Translations under genes and position numbers: made by a program | NCBI RefSeq assembly: GCF_001194135.2 | Contig: NC_069001.1 | Location: 39,599,125-39,663,124 of the forward strand | Length of the DNA stretch: 64,000 nt | From: Octopus bimaculoides | Lineage: Eukaryota | Reading direction: 5' to 3' | Shown: piece after piece, positions 1 to 13,189 of the stretch | Layout: the number at the start of each line of letters is the position of its first letter | Numbering within the stretch: position 1 is the first letter of the stretch | Notes under the pieces: model-generated | Databases searched by the model: none | What the model was told of the DNA's origin: nothing | The model's input: only the letters and a program-made list of their open reading frames with translations

Positions 1-857
1 AGCTTGATCAGAGTTGGAGTTTTGTTTGGATTGTAAACCGTCCTTTCTGAATCGAATTACTCTGCTCTAGAACTAAAGACCCCAGTTCCCAGCACAGTTG
101 TAGGGTTTCATTTATCTCCCTGCTGCAACCAGTCCATGTTGACAGGGTGTTTCCCATCAAAGAAGAGCTAGCATCAACAGAATCAGATAGGGAGAGATAA
201 AAGCAACACAACCGCGTCAAGGAGGGGATAAAGGAAAGAGTTAGACCTTGGCTATTTAGTTAGTAAGTATCGCCATATGGAACACAGGCAGTTGTAGCTG
301 TGAGAGTATAAATAAAAAATACAGCTAGCAGTAGGGTGAGGTGAGGGAGCGACGCTTTGGGGGTATTGTGTAAAAACTTGTGCAGGCTTATACACGGGTG
401 GACAAGATTCGAGACTGCCCCGGGCTGCACACACTCAAGCTACTACACAGAGAACATAGGCGACTATCGTAGTTAAATGGACATAAATCGGGTTTAAGAG
501 GGAATGATTTTGCTTGCTGTTATTACTAGCAGGTCGACGACCAAGTAAAGATTCTTTCTAGTTAATTCATCTCAATGGCCACCTTCCGTTCAGTCTTGTC
601 TATCAAATCCAACCACAGGTTATTAATCAACCGGAGGCTATATTAGATGACATTTGTCCAAACTATCGTACAATGGTATTGAACTCCAGCCATAGGGGTT
701 TATTGCATAAAAGGCTTAACAATTCAGCCCTAGCGATACTTCGACGGTGGACATTTGACTCATCAGGCGATAAAAAAGATTTCAATAAAAAAATGGCCAC
801 TAAGTAGGATTTGGGTTGGGTGGGAGTTTCGTTTTATTAAAGCGGGCACGCGTGCAC

Positions 858-894
<37 letters not shown>

Positions 895-1149
895 TAGTGT
901 GTAAAAACAAGAAATATTAAGAAAACTTAGGAAGAACGAACTTTTATAAATACAGTATTAATTTAATGTTTCAGAGAGAGAGAGGAAGAGACAGACAGAC
1001 AGACAGATTGTGTGTGTGTGCTTTAGCATCGTATAAGATTTCTATCTTTATATAATAATGTCATTTTGACCTGGGTATGTCTGTTAGTAATGGCTGCTAT
1101 GAAGAACCGTTATCCAGTTTGGATGCGTGAATAGTTCTGAGGACAAATA

Positions 1150-1355
1150 TTGGTTTCAAATTTTGGCAAAGGCCACCACTTTCAGGAGAGCGGGTAAATC
1201 GATCACATTGACCCCCATTGTTCAACTGGTACTTATTTTATCGACCCTGAAAGGATGAAAGCAAAGTCGGCATTTGATTCCAGAACATAAAGATGGACAA
1301 AATGCCGCTAAGCATTTTGTCCCGGCCTGCTAACGTGTCTGCCAAATCGCCGCCG
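1150..1355 (-). mobile_element. SINE family A copy
   Basis: Similar to the 47195-47408 copy (actggtacttattttatcgacc..aaaggatgaaa..gctaagcatttt..tgctaacg). Confidence 0.75.
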
Positions 1356-1835
1356 CCTTCTGAGGACAAATATTTACGTCACGGATTGCAATTAAGAATA
1401 ATTGTACCCAAAACCATCTTTAGATGCTTATGGCTCTAAATGTTTTCCCATATTGACCACCACCATCGAATTATGACGAAATCATATTATTCATAAACCC
1501 ATGGATCTAGGAACCTCAGCATCCCTAACATCATAGTACGATGTCATACCGTAATATGACATCATAACAGAGGATTAGGAAGTCTAATATAAAAGGAGAA
1601 ACAGGAATTTGTATCATTAAGAAAACAGATCTAGGACCTCTATTATACTTGAGAGGGTATTGGAAGCACTGGTGAGCACACTCCTACTTTAAGATGCGAT
1701 TCAGCCTCGTATAAAATTTTAAACTGATATGGAAGTGCAAACAAAGAAATTTATTTAGTTTTTTGTATATAAGAGACAAGAAGGCCATATATGTACTATG
1801 TGTTAATATTTTGCTCAAAACACCAAATCACACAG

Positions 1836-2001
1836 CAGGATCGGCCCTAGAGTTGCTGGCGTCCCGGGCAAGCTGAACTTCGGCGTGTACAAGGTGACGG
1901 TCGTGGCAATTTCCTTGTCTTTGACACGCCCTCCTTGGTGTCCCCTAGCACATAGCGCCCCGGGCGACTGCCCAAGTAACTGGTGCCTTGAGCCGGCCTT
2001 G
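1836..2001. mobile_element. 166-bp GC-rich hAT-like MITE with 8-bp TSD
   Basis: Imperfect TIRs CAGGATCGGCCCTAG / CAAGGCCGGCTCAAG (reverse complement of right end). Flanking direct repeat TCACACAG (1828-1835) / TCACACAA (2002-2009). Confidence 0.7.
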
Positions 2002-2402
2002 TCACACAATATTAAATCTACTGGAATTCTGAGCATTTTACTTCTACTTCAAAACCAAAGTTAAATCTAAATAAAGAGGGAATAAACGAAATAGTTTCAG
2101 TTGAAGATATTTATACATGATATGGACTTCGTATACAACTTGAATGTCATACGCATGCAGAACACAATTTTCACATTATTCATACGTTTTCCGCGTCGGA
2201 ATATTTTACTTTTTGTCTTCAAAAACTCACTCCATTTCAATTTTACTTTAAAGCAGGATAACTCTCCGAGAGAACGGGGACCCCTCTCATGTAACAGAGA
2301 GATAATTGAGAACACTTTTATAACAGGCAGAACTGGGACCTCTACTACGACAGAATGGTAATTGGGAACGCTATTATAAAAGAAAGAACAGGGAAATCTA
2401 TC

Positions 2403-2442
<40 letters not shown>

Positions 2443-2761
2443 TGGGACATGGCAGTGGTAGGGTCTCTATTGTGATAGAGAAAATTAGAAACTATATTAG
2501 AAGAGGGGGGAAAAAAAGAACATTTTTAAAAAACTATTTATTCAGTCATTCTTGTAAAAGGATCGGTCTTTCGTTTGAAATATCGAACAATATTTTTTTC
2601 CTTTTCTATTTGTATTTCAGCAGATGAAAATTAGTGATTATCCCTGAAAACTAGACTCGCTAAAGAGCCGAGCATGTGTTGTGTTTTCAATACAAAATAG
2701 GTTGATTTCTGTGTTATTTCGTTCTGCTATTTATTATTATAATTGTTGTTGTTGTTATTAT

Positions 2762-3662
2762 NNNNNNNNNNNNNNNNNNNNNNNNNNNNNNNNNNNNNNN
2801 NNNNNNNNNNNNNNNNNNNNNNNNNNNNNNNNNNNNNNNNNNNNNNNNNNNNNNNNNNNNNNNNNNNNNNNNNNNNNNNNNNNNNNNNNNNNNNNNNNNN
2901 NNNNNNNNNNNNNNNNNNNNNNNNNNNNNNNNNNNNNNNNNNNNNNNNNNNNNNNNNNNNNNNNNNNNNNNNNNNNNNNNNNNNNNNNNNNNNNNNNNNN
3001 NNNNNNNNNNNNNNNNNNNNNNNNNNNNNNNNNNNNNNNNNNNNNNNNNNNNNNNNNNNNNNNNNNNNNNNNNNNNNNNNNNNNNNNNNNNNNNNNNNNN
3101 NNNNNNNNNNNNNNNNNNNNNNNNNNNNNNNNNNNNNNNNNNNNNNNNNNNNNNNNNNNNNNNNNNNNNNNNNNNNNNNNNNNNNNNNNNNNNNNNNNNN
3201 NNNNNNNNNNNNNNNNNNNNNNNNNNNNNNNNNNNNNNNNNNNNNNNNNNNNNNNNNNNNNNNNNNNNNNNNNNNNNNNNNNNNNNNNNNNNNNNNNNNN
3301 NNNNNNNNNNNNNNNNNNNNNNNNNNNNNNNNNNNNNNNNNNNNNNNNNNNNNNNNNNNNNNNNNNNNNNNNNNNNNNNNNNNNNNNNNNNNNNNNNNNN
3401 NNNNNNNNNNNNNNNNNNNNNNNNNNNNNNNNNNNNNNNNNNNNNNNNNNNNNNNNNNNNNNNNNNNNNNNNNNNNNNNNNNNNNNNNNNNNNNNNNNNN
3501 NNNNNNNNNNNNNNNNNNNNNNNNNNNNNNNNNNNNNNNNNNNNNNNNNNNNNNNNNNNNNNNNNNNNNNNNNNNNNNNNNNNNNNNNNNNNNNNNNNNN
3601 NNNNNNNNNNNNNNNNNNNNNNNNNNNNNNNNNNNNNNNNNNNNNNNNNNNNNNNNNNNNNN
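2762..3662. other. Assembly gap (N run); other gaps at 4443-4452, 7642-8616, 12087-12861, 24310-24319, 26459-26558, 32303-32390 and 45777-46438
   Basis: N characters. Most gaps are flanked by microsatellites or young repeats. Confidence 1.
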
Positions 3663-4960
3663 CTGGATGCTCTTCCTGATGCCAACTTCTTGACAAATTG
3701 CACTGTGTTCTATTTACGTGGCAGCGGTAGGAAAAGTTTCCTTGAAAGATAAGGTTCAGCTTCAGGAAGAGACATCCATCCATAAAATACTACTCCGATA
3801 GTTCTTGTCCACCCAATTCCAGCAATGGTAACAGGGAATGTAAACGGAAAAAGAAAAAAAAACGACGATGATGATTATGCACATTCGTATGGATTAGTTT
3901 CCAACGGAAGAAATCCTACCAATGTTCTCAGAATCGGCAAAACAATTTCAATGTTTGATGCGCCCTCTATACGATCTTTTTACTCTTTCGTTTTTCTCTC
4001 TCTTATTCTTTTACCTCCTCGTCTCCCATTTCCTATCTTATTATTCTGTCATTCTCTCTCCCTCCTTCTCCTCCCTTGTTCACGTGGTTCCCACGTGACC
4101 ATCTTTCTTTCTCTCCGTTGTAGCTGGAGGAGCAAGGAAGACGTGTTCTTGTCTGTCTCCTGTCCAAGTTTGAATTACGCGTTCGCCACCACAAACTCGT
4201 TTAGGCTTAGCAGCCCTTCCTGTTTGTTTTCATTGTTCTGTATGTGTTACCAATTTTGACCCTCCGCAAAATCCCTAATTTTATTTAATTTGCTTTGCGG
4301 GAGCAACTGTTTTATCGAAAACGTATATTGTTGTTAAATGCTCGAAATACGAGAATAGAAAAACAGCCAACAAGGGTTGTTTTTTGTGTTACTTGTTTTA
4401 TTTTCCATTTGTGTCTTTCGTTGTTCGAAAGAATAGTTCATGNNNNNNNNNNACAGACACAAAGACACTCACACAATAGAGAGAGAGGTGGGGGGGGGAA
4501 TCGTTTGAAAAGGTGTACAGATTTTATACATTAAGAAAAAGGCAGTATTCATAATTTTGGATGATTTTTTATTTAGGAACATTATCTCATTTCAAAGACT
4601 CATCAGGAAAGATATTTTTATGCCAAATTAATGAATTTTCTGTGAGTTTGTGGAAAAATCTGGAGTTGAATTAGAGAGAGAATGTTCTTTGTTATTTTGA
4701 ATCTAAGCTTGTGTGTCTGTGTGTGCATGTACACATGTGTGTTGAATTTTTGGAGGCTTAGTTAGATGGAGGGAAAAGGAAAGACAAACAGAAAGAAAGA
4801 AAGACGTCTTTGTCAGAGATGGTTGAAATAGTATTGTATCCTTATGATCAGAAGAGAGAGATTATGTTTAGGTTTGGTTGTCTGTGTATGTTCAGATTAA
4901 ATAGACAAAGAGGAGAGATGATATTAGAAACAGATCTAGCTTTAGGTTGTATGTATCTGT

Positions 4961-4991
<31 letters not shown>

Positions 4992-5309
4992 CGTCTGTCC
5001 ATCCCTCCATCCGTCCGTCCATCCACCCGTCCGTCCATCCGCCCATCCGTCCATCCACCCGTCCGTCCATCCGCCCATCCGTCCATCAATCCATCAATCC
5101 ATCCATCTAATCTATCTATTTATCTATCTACCTGTCTGTCTCTCTGTCCATCTGTCCGTCTGTCCATTCATCCATCCACCTAATCTATCTATTTACACAC
5201 ACACGCATAGACATATACCATTCATATATATATAATGTATATATGTTACAGCCAGTTTTATGGTTGTTACTCTACTCTGCTAACACTGACATACACCAAT
5301 CCAATCTAC

Positions 5310-5403
<94 letters not shown>

Positions 5404-7430
5404 ATTCAGCTACAATTTTTTTCCTTGTCTTTTTGAAATTATTTTTGTTCTTTTTTTCCTTTTCCCCAGTTGGTCTTTTAACCCAAGTTCATAAAATTTG
5501 TAAATGTAGAATACATAATAGCTTGGATTGTTTGTGTGTTTCTTGTCTGAAAATTGATTAAAAATATTTAATTCATGACATGTGTCCTGCTAATGACCTT
5601 AATAACATTAATGCAATCAGTCAACTTCAATTAGTGACAATTCACTCTGACAATAAAAGAGAAACTCTGTGAGGTTGACATGGTTGTTCTGTGATGGAGA
5701 AAAAAACTGATAAACTTGGAGAATATTCTTCTTCACTCATAGCTTCCTGTTGGTTCTTATTGTTTTTCTATTGTGACTTGTGTGACTGAGTGAGAGGAAG
5801 CAGAGCAATTAATAGTTGTGACCCTTTTTTTAGGAGATCTCTGACTTTGGTGGTTGAAAGGGAGGTAGGTGTTCCCTGAAGGAGATGTGATTGAAATTCT
5901 TGAAAATTAAATGCAAATATCAGGTGGAGGTGTAAAACGAGGTTATACATTAAATGCCTCCTCCTCTTCACCCTCATATACACCACTAATGACATAAGCA
6001 GGTGATATATTAAACACTGAATAAACCCAATATACCCTTCACACTGCTTTTACTGAGAACTGGTTGTCCATGTATGGGCAGATTCATTTGGAGTTAAGTA
6101 TTATCTTAAACGACCAAACCACATCGTTTTTTCTGCCTGAAATCAACAGATTCCCATATTCATCACAAAAACCTTGAGAAATCTGTGAAAACGTTTTTGT
6201 TAATTCTATGATGTGAAGTCAATCACTCAGTTATAAACACTACTTCAAATACATTGTCTTAAAACCCATTTGGATGCCTAAAAAAACACAGAAAGCTGCC
6301 AGTGAAACATGAATCCTGCATCTTCTGTAACCCAAAAGGAAGTAACACCAATCATTCCAGAACAGCCTCTTGTCCTTTCTTCCACCCACTTTGCTGACCA
6401 AATTTATTTTAACCCAATCAACTCTCAACAAACTACAAACCTATTAGAACCAAATTCGTTTCATAATGCAACATTAATAATTAAGAGACAAGTTTCTTTG
6501 CCAGAAGTCTGCTAACGTCCATTTTAGAAATGAGATAATTAAAGGACAAGTCTTTACCAGGCTATGTCAACCTTGTGTCTTCTCTACATAAGAGTCCAAT
6601 GTGCCAGGGGGAAATATCATGGTTTTCTTTATCCAAGATATTTTTTACATTTTTCATATAATACTTAGTAGAAGAAGCTGACAGAATCATTAGCATGCAG
6701 GGCAAAAAGCATGGCAGCATTTCATGCATCTTTAAGTTCTGAGTTCAAATTCCACTGAAGTCGACATGTACATACATACTCACATACAAATATATGTATC
6801 AATGTGTGTGTGTGTGTGTGAGATTGTGATGTCTGCATCACCAGCCATTGGCTCCAGTCTATTCATTATCACAAGGTTCAACTTGATGCCAAAAAATCAA
6901 TAGTGGTACATATACAACACTGAGACCGATACAACATGGCATTTCTCCTCCCACCCTCTCATGGATTTATCCACCCCCTCACTCTTCCCAGTCCTTTGTC
7001 CATATTCATTCTTAGAGTCAAATTCTTGTATCCTGAGAGCATTCTCCGACATTTCAGGCCCCATCATCATTGTCTTCTGCCTCCAAGCCTTATATAATGT
7101 GGGGTAGACATGTATCTTTTATATAGCAAAATATCTGCCCCTGTTCCTCTCTCATATTTTAGCCTCTCAACATCTGGCGCAAATCCAACTGGCTCTCTAC
7201 AACATCTCCATTCAATTCAGGGGTCGTTGTCCCTGTCTTCTGAATTACTTAATGACCTCAATTAGCTGGCATCATCTCTGAAGCACCCGGTACATTCTGT
7301 AAAGTCGTAGGAGTTAGAAAGGGCAACAAGCCATAGAAATCTCAACAAAACTGACATTGCAGCTGGACACAGTCTCTCAGTTCATTGGATCATCGGAAAC
7401 TAACCAACTCACCCTGGCCCAACACAGAGA

Positions 7431-7461
<31 letters not shown>

Positions 7462-7494
7462 AACAAGCACACATACATGCATTCACACAAACAT

Positions 7495-8965
7495 CATCAT
7501 CATCATCATCATCGTTTAACGTCCGCTTTCCATGCTAGCATGGGTTGGACGATTTGACTGAGGACTGGTGAAACCGGATGGCAACACCAGGATCCAGTCT
7601 GATTTGGCAGAGTTTCTACAGCTGGATGCCCTTCCTAACGCNNNNNNNNNNNNNNNNNNNNNNNNNNNNNNNNNNNNNNNNNNNNNNNNNNNNNNNNNNN
7701 NNNNNNNNNNNNNNNNNNNNNNNNNNNNNNNNNNNNNNNNNNNNNNNNNNNNNNNNNNNNNNNNNNNNNNNNNNNNNNNNNNNNNNNNNNNNNNNNNNNN
7801 NNNNNNNNNNNNNNNNNNNNNNNNNNNNNNNNNNNNNNNNNNNNNNNNNNNNNNNNNNNNNNNNNNNNNNNNNNNNNNNNNNNNNNNNNNNNNNNNNNNN
7901 NNNNNNNNNNNNNNNNNNNNNNNNNNNNNNNNNNNNNNNNNNNNNNNNNNNNNNNNNNNNNNNNNNNNNNNNNNNNNNNNNNNNNNNNNNNNNNNNNNNN
8001 NNNNNNNNNNNNNNNNNNNNNNNNNNNNNNNNNNNNNNNNNNNNNNNNNNNNNNNNNNNNNNNNNNNNNNNNNNNNNNNNNNNNNNNNNNNNNNNNNNNN
8101 NNNNNNNNNNNNNNNNNNNNNNNNNNNNNNNNNNNNNNNNNNNNNNNNNNNNNNNNNNNNNNNNNNNNNNNNNNNNNNNNNNNNNNNNNNNNNNNNNNNN
8201 NNNNNNNNNNNNNNNNNNNNNNNNNNNNNNNNNNNNNNNNNNNNNNNNNNNNNNNNNNNNNNNNNNNNNNNNNNNNNNNNNNNNNNNNNNNNNNNNNNNN
8301 NNNNNNNNNNNNNNNNNNNNNNNNNNNNNNNNNNNNNNNNNNNNNNNNNNNNNNNNNNNNNNNNNNNNNNNNNNNNNNNNNNNNNNNNNNNNNNNNNNNN
8401 NNNNNNNNNNNNNNNNNNNNNNNNNNNNNNNNNNNNNNNNNNNNNNNNNNNNNNNNNNNNNNNNNNNNNNNNNNNNNNNNNNNNNNNNNNNNNNNNNNNN
8501 NNNNNNNNNNNNNNNNNNNNNNNNNNNNNNNNNNNNNNNNNNNNNNNNNNNNNNNNNNNNNNNNNNNNNNNNNNNNNNNNNNNNNNNNNNNNNNNNNNNN
8601 NNNNNNNNNNNNNNNNTAACTTGCTAGTTAACCTGCCTTTGATGTTGCTGCACCTCTTATGTGTCCATAGCTTGCACCGGGTACATCTTATAGAGTTACT
8701 ACCTACTCCTTTTCTACATACTGAGCAGGGCCATCTACCTGAAGGGGTTTGTGTTTTATCTACCTTCCTACTTATTAGGATTTTGGTTTTAGCTAGGTTG
8801 ACTCTAAGGCCCTTCAATTCTAGACCTTGCTTCCACACCTGAAACTTCTCCTCTAGTTCTGATAGTGACTCCGCAATTAGGGCAAGGTCATCAGCATAGA
8901 GGAGCTCCCAGGGGCAACCTGTCTTGAACTCCTCTGTGATTGCCTGGAGGACTATGGTAAATAAA
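7495..8965 (-). mobile_element. 5'-truncated RTE-clade LINE (RT C-terminal half plus Cys-rich domain, gap, 3' UTR with (GAT)n tail)
   Basis: 8617-8965 encodes FTIVLQAITEEFKTGCPWELLYADDLALIAES...GLRVNLAKTK...WPCSVCRKGVGSNSIRCTRCKLWTHKRCS, an uninterrupted frame with the YADD motif. 7495-7641 is the family 3' UTR ending in (GAT)n on the minus strand. The middle is an N-gap. Confidence 0.9.
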
Positions 8966-9060
8966 TATGTAATAAAAACATATACCATTATACATATATA
9001 TGCACATACACACATATATATGCATATGTATAATGTACATATATATGTATGTATATATGA

Positions 9061-9119
<59 letters not shown>

Positions 9120-9789
9120 TAAGATGTTCAACTTCACTCGAATGTTCCTCGTGCCATGCCAGCATGGAAACCGGACGTTAAACGATGATGGTGATGAAAC
9201 ATGTATACATAGACACATTGTTAACACTTTTGATATTCTAATGAATGTGTATTTGTGTATATATTTATCTATATAATTCTCTATCCTTCACACACACACA
9301 CACACAACTTTCTGTCTGTGTGTGTGTGTGTGTTTATATATATATACTCTATCCTACACATACGCACAAAAATTTTCTGTTTGTCTCCTGTGAAGTCTTG
9401 ATGTGCCTATTTAGTTGTAATATTGAACAATTTCCATTTCCTGATCTACTTCAGTTTTGGAGTCATAAAACCTCAGTCTTGGACGACTTCCTACCCATTT
9501 CTCTCAAAATCAATATCACACTAATGTGTCTTTGAGTGGAGACTCTATCTAAATATTGGCAATTTCTTCTGCTCATGAAATAATGCAACCGACTTTCTGC
9601 CATAACAGAAAACCGATTTTCTTTTTCTTGAAATTTGGTCTTTGATGGAATCAACTGAATGTATTTGTTGCTGATTTTGCAATTCTTTGGCATCTTAGAG
9701 TAAGTTGTGAGGACAGGCATGCTTGTTTTGTTGTCAACTAAGAAACATGCTACAACTATTAATAATAATTATTTCAAATGTTTGTCAGG

Positions 9790-9982
9790 AGGGCAGCTTG
9801 TGGGAGGTGGGGATGAGTAGATTGCATCAACCCCAGTATTCAACTGGTACTTATTTTATCGACCTCAAAAGCATGAAAGGCAAAGTTGACCTCAGTGGAA
9901 TTTGAACACAAAACATAGTGATGAGCGAAATACCGCTAAGCATTTTGTCCAGTGTGCGAATGGTTCTGCCAGTTCCCTGCCC
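9790..9982 (-). mobile_element. SINE family A copy
   Basis: Shares caactggtacttattttatcgacc...aaggcaaagttgacctcagtggaatttgaac...ataccgctaagc. Confidence 0.8.
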
Positions 9983-10334
9983 TCGCAACCACTAATAATA
10001 ACAACTTCTCTTGCACTGACTATTATTATGAAATTGTATTTAAAAGCACTGATATTAAACTTATAAGTAAATAATGAAAACTGTTAAATTATGTGAGAAA
10101 AAAAAAATCTGTGTTAAAGCCATGAAACAGAAAACTGTGAAATGTCTTTTTAAGTCTTCCATGTAGGAAGAGAAAGATTAGAATACTTTGACATTTAAGT
10201 CACTTCTATGTCTGTGTCAAAGTTGCTTAGGTGTTTGTTACATGGCACCAGTATCTCTAGATTAAATATATTTATTTGTATTTTATATCATGATTTGGGG
10301 ATCAATAGCTTCCACTGTATTTCTTATTTCTTTA

Positions 10335-10548
10335 TTGCTCACAAGGGGCTAAACATAGAGGGGACAAACAAGGACAGACAAAGGGATTAAATCGATCACC
10401 AGTGAATAACTGGTACTTAATTTATCGACCCCAAAAGGATGAAAGGCAAAGTTGACCTCAGTGGAATTTGAGCTCAGAACGTAACAGCAGACGAAATACC
10501 GAGAAGCAGTTCGCTCGGTGTGCTAAAGTTTCTGCCAACTTGCCACCT
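10335..10548 (-). mobile_element. SINE family A copy
   Basis: Shares ctggtacttaatttatcgacccc..aggatgaaaggcaaagttgacctc..ggaatttgagctcagaacgt. Confidence 0.8.
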
Positions 10549-11007
10549 TTTTTCACTGTATTTCTGTTAGCAAGATTGACGAGGGAGTGTTTGTAACACA
10601 ATGGAGAACAAATATTTCAAGGGATTGGCCTGTACAACATCAATTCTTTCAATCCTCACCCACCATGTTTATATCTTTTACTGGTCTATCTTCCAGTGAA
10701 TTTGTGAAAAGATGGGTGACTGAGGCAAAAATGGTGAATGGCCCTACTCAGAGCATGCCTTTGGTGGTTGGGGTAATTCTGGATCTGTGGGGTTCCTTGA
10801 CTGGCCCCAGCTGAAGTTTCTCATGCAACAGAAGGATTGTGTCATTCAGGTTATCAGACAGAATATACTTTTTATCACACATTTCATTGTCCTTTTCATT
10901 TCCTTCTCCTTGTCTTTTATGTAAATCCACACACACACACACACACACATTGTCGCTTTCGATGTCCCCCTCATCCATGCCCCAGTGGCTGATAAAAAAA
11001 TCATTAT

Positions 11008-11078
<71 letters not shown>

Positions 11079-11091
11079 TTATTGTTATTAA

Positions 11092-11287
11092 GGCAGTGAG
11101 CTGGCAAAATTGTTAGCAAACTAGACAAAAGGCTTGGCACCATTTTGCACATCTTTATATTCTGAGTTCAAATCCTACCAAGGTCAACTCTGCCTTTCAA
11201 TGAAATAAGTACCAGTCGAATACTGGGGTTCATGTAATCGACTTAGCCCACCCACAAACTTGCTGGCCTTGTGTCAAAATTTAGAAC

Positions 11288-11290
<3 letters not shown>
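11092..11290 (+). mobile_element. SINE family A copy followed by an (ATT)n tail
   Basis: ggcagtgagctggcaaaattgttagc...ttctgagttcaaatcc..aggtcaactctgcctttc..aagtaccag..ggccttgtgtcaaaatttagaacc(att)n. Confidence 0.8.
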
Positions 11291-11333
<43 letters not shown>

Positions 11334-11808
11334 GTCTTTATATAAAGGGCCGATGTCTGTATCAGGAGGGTAAAGCATACCAATGGTTAAACAGGTTCCA
11401 TCCATGATCATCCTGCCTTTATGACTGTCTTTATTACTACAGAATGTGTCCTCCTTTTTCTTAAAGATGATATATGAGATTTGAGAGATTAGACTGCTGT
11501 TTCTAGCAGGCCAAATGACTCATATTTGTATTAACCCCCACCTACATACATACATTCATATATATATAAATACATACACACACAATATATATATATGCAC
11601 ACACACACACACACACACACATTGTGTGTGTGTGTGTGTGTGTGATTTACATTGTTGGATTTTGTGTGTGAAACTGAAGTGTATGAATATATTACTATTA
11701 TTGATGCTATTGTTGTTATCAACCTCATATTAATATCCGTAATTATTATTATTATGAATGTTATTATGAATGTTATTATTTTTATTCGTTTTATAGTTCT
11801 TTTTCCTC

Positions 11809-11841
<33 letters not shown>

Positions 11842-13189
11842 TATTATTATTATCATTATTTATAGTCTGTCTTTTAATTCCCCCCCCCCCGTATTGGTTC
11901 ACTGCTGGTTCCATATTGGTTCAATGGATGATTTTTAGGTCAGAATTTGTTGTTATTTCTGTAAAGCAACCCTAGTTGTAGGGGGGAGGAGGAGGGGGTA
12001 TGTTTCCTTCAACAACTGAGAATGGAAGTCTAAAAATAGATTCAAATGACGTCATGTATGTTAATAAGCTGTTCCATCTCCAGCATNNNNNNNNNNNNNN
12101 NNNNNNNNNNNNNNNNNNNNNNNNNNNNNNNNNNNNNNNNNNNNNNNNNNNNNNNNNNNNNNNNNNNNNNNNNNNNNNNNNNNNNNNNNNNNNNNNNNNN
12201 NNNNNNNNNNNNNNNNNNNNNNNNNNNNNNNNNNNNNNNNNNNNNNNNNNNNNNNNNNNNNNNNNNNNNNNNNNNNNNNNNNNNNNNNNNNNNNNNNNNN
12301 NNNNNNNNNNNNNNNNNNNNNNNNNNNNNNNNNNNNNNNNNNNNNNNNNNNNNNNNNNNNNNNNNNNNNNNNNNNNNNNNNNNNNNNNNNNNNNNNNNNN
12401 NNNNNNNNNNNNNNNNNNNNNNNNNNNNNNNNNNNNNNNNNNNNNNNNNNNNNNNNNNNNNNNNNNNNNNNNNNNNNNNNNNNNNNNNNNNNNNNNNNNN
12501 NNNNNNNNNNNNNNNNNNNNNNNNNNNNNNNNNNNNNNNNNNNNNNNNNNNNNNNNNNNNNNNNNNNNNNNNNNNNNNNNNNNNNNNNNNNNNNNNNNNN
12601 NNNNNNNNNNNNNNNNNNNNNNNNNNNNNNNNNNNNNNNNNNNNNNNNNNNNNNNNNNNNNNNNNNNNNNNNNNNNNNNNNNNNNNNNNNNNNNNNNNNN
12701 NNNNNNNNNNNNNNNNNNNNNNNNNNNNNNNNNNNNNNNNNNNNNNNNNNNNNNNNNNNNNNNNNNNNNNNNNNNNNNNNNNNNNNNNNNNNNNNNNNNN
12801 NNNNNNNNNNNNNNNNNNNNNNNNNNNNNNNNNNNNNNNNNNNNNNNNNNNNNNNNNNNNNGCTCTTTTGATAAAATATCATAGACAACAAGTATCTACT
12901 CTGCTGGAATGGGTTGACCAGTTGGACAGAATGTGATAGGTCAGAGAACTGCACTGAGCTCCAGTTGTCTGCTTTGACATAGTTTCTATGGCTCAAAACC
13001 CTTTCTAACTAACCATTCTACAGAGCGTACTGGGTGCATTTTTTTTTTTTTTCTAGTGAAGTCGCCTTTCAAGATTCACAGCCTGAAGTGGTCCCTACAA
13101 CTGAAAGAGAATAGAATAGAGAGGGTCAATCATTTTGGGTGGTGGGAAGAGATGAGAGAGGTGGGGGTGGATGAGATTTATGGTTGTGA

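Noticed and set aside
8-220. 70-aa minus-strand ORF at the window start
   Set aside because: No recognisable motif; cannot be distinguished from non-coding sequence.
1815-2036. GC-rich 73-aa minus-strand ORF that looks like an exon
   Set aside because: It coincides with a MITE bounded by TIRs and an 8-bp TSD, and has no recognisable protein motif.
2681-3783. Long ORFs of 300+ aa (also 7516-9165, 12000-12996 and 45719-46540)
   Set aside because: They are open only because N-gaps translate as X. The only real coding part is the RTE RT fragment at 8617-8965.
5600-6520. Repeat-poor segment with short ORFs (5768-5995, 6240-6431, 6309-6515)
   Set aside because: No domain recognised in any frame and no convincing exon boundaries. 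It may be an old TE remnant, but this cannot be supported.
6920-7260. Possible CR1/L2-like C-terminal remnant on the minus strand (ERNRADILLYK)
   Set aside because: The similarity is too short and too interrupted to call.
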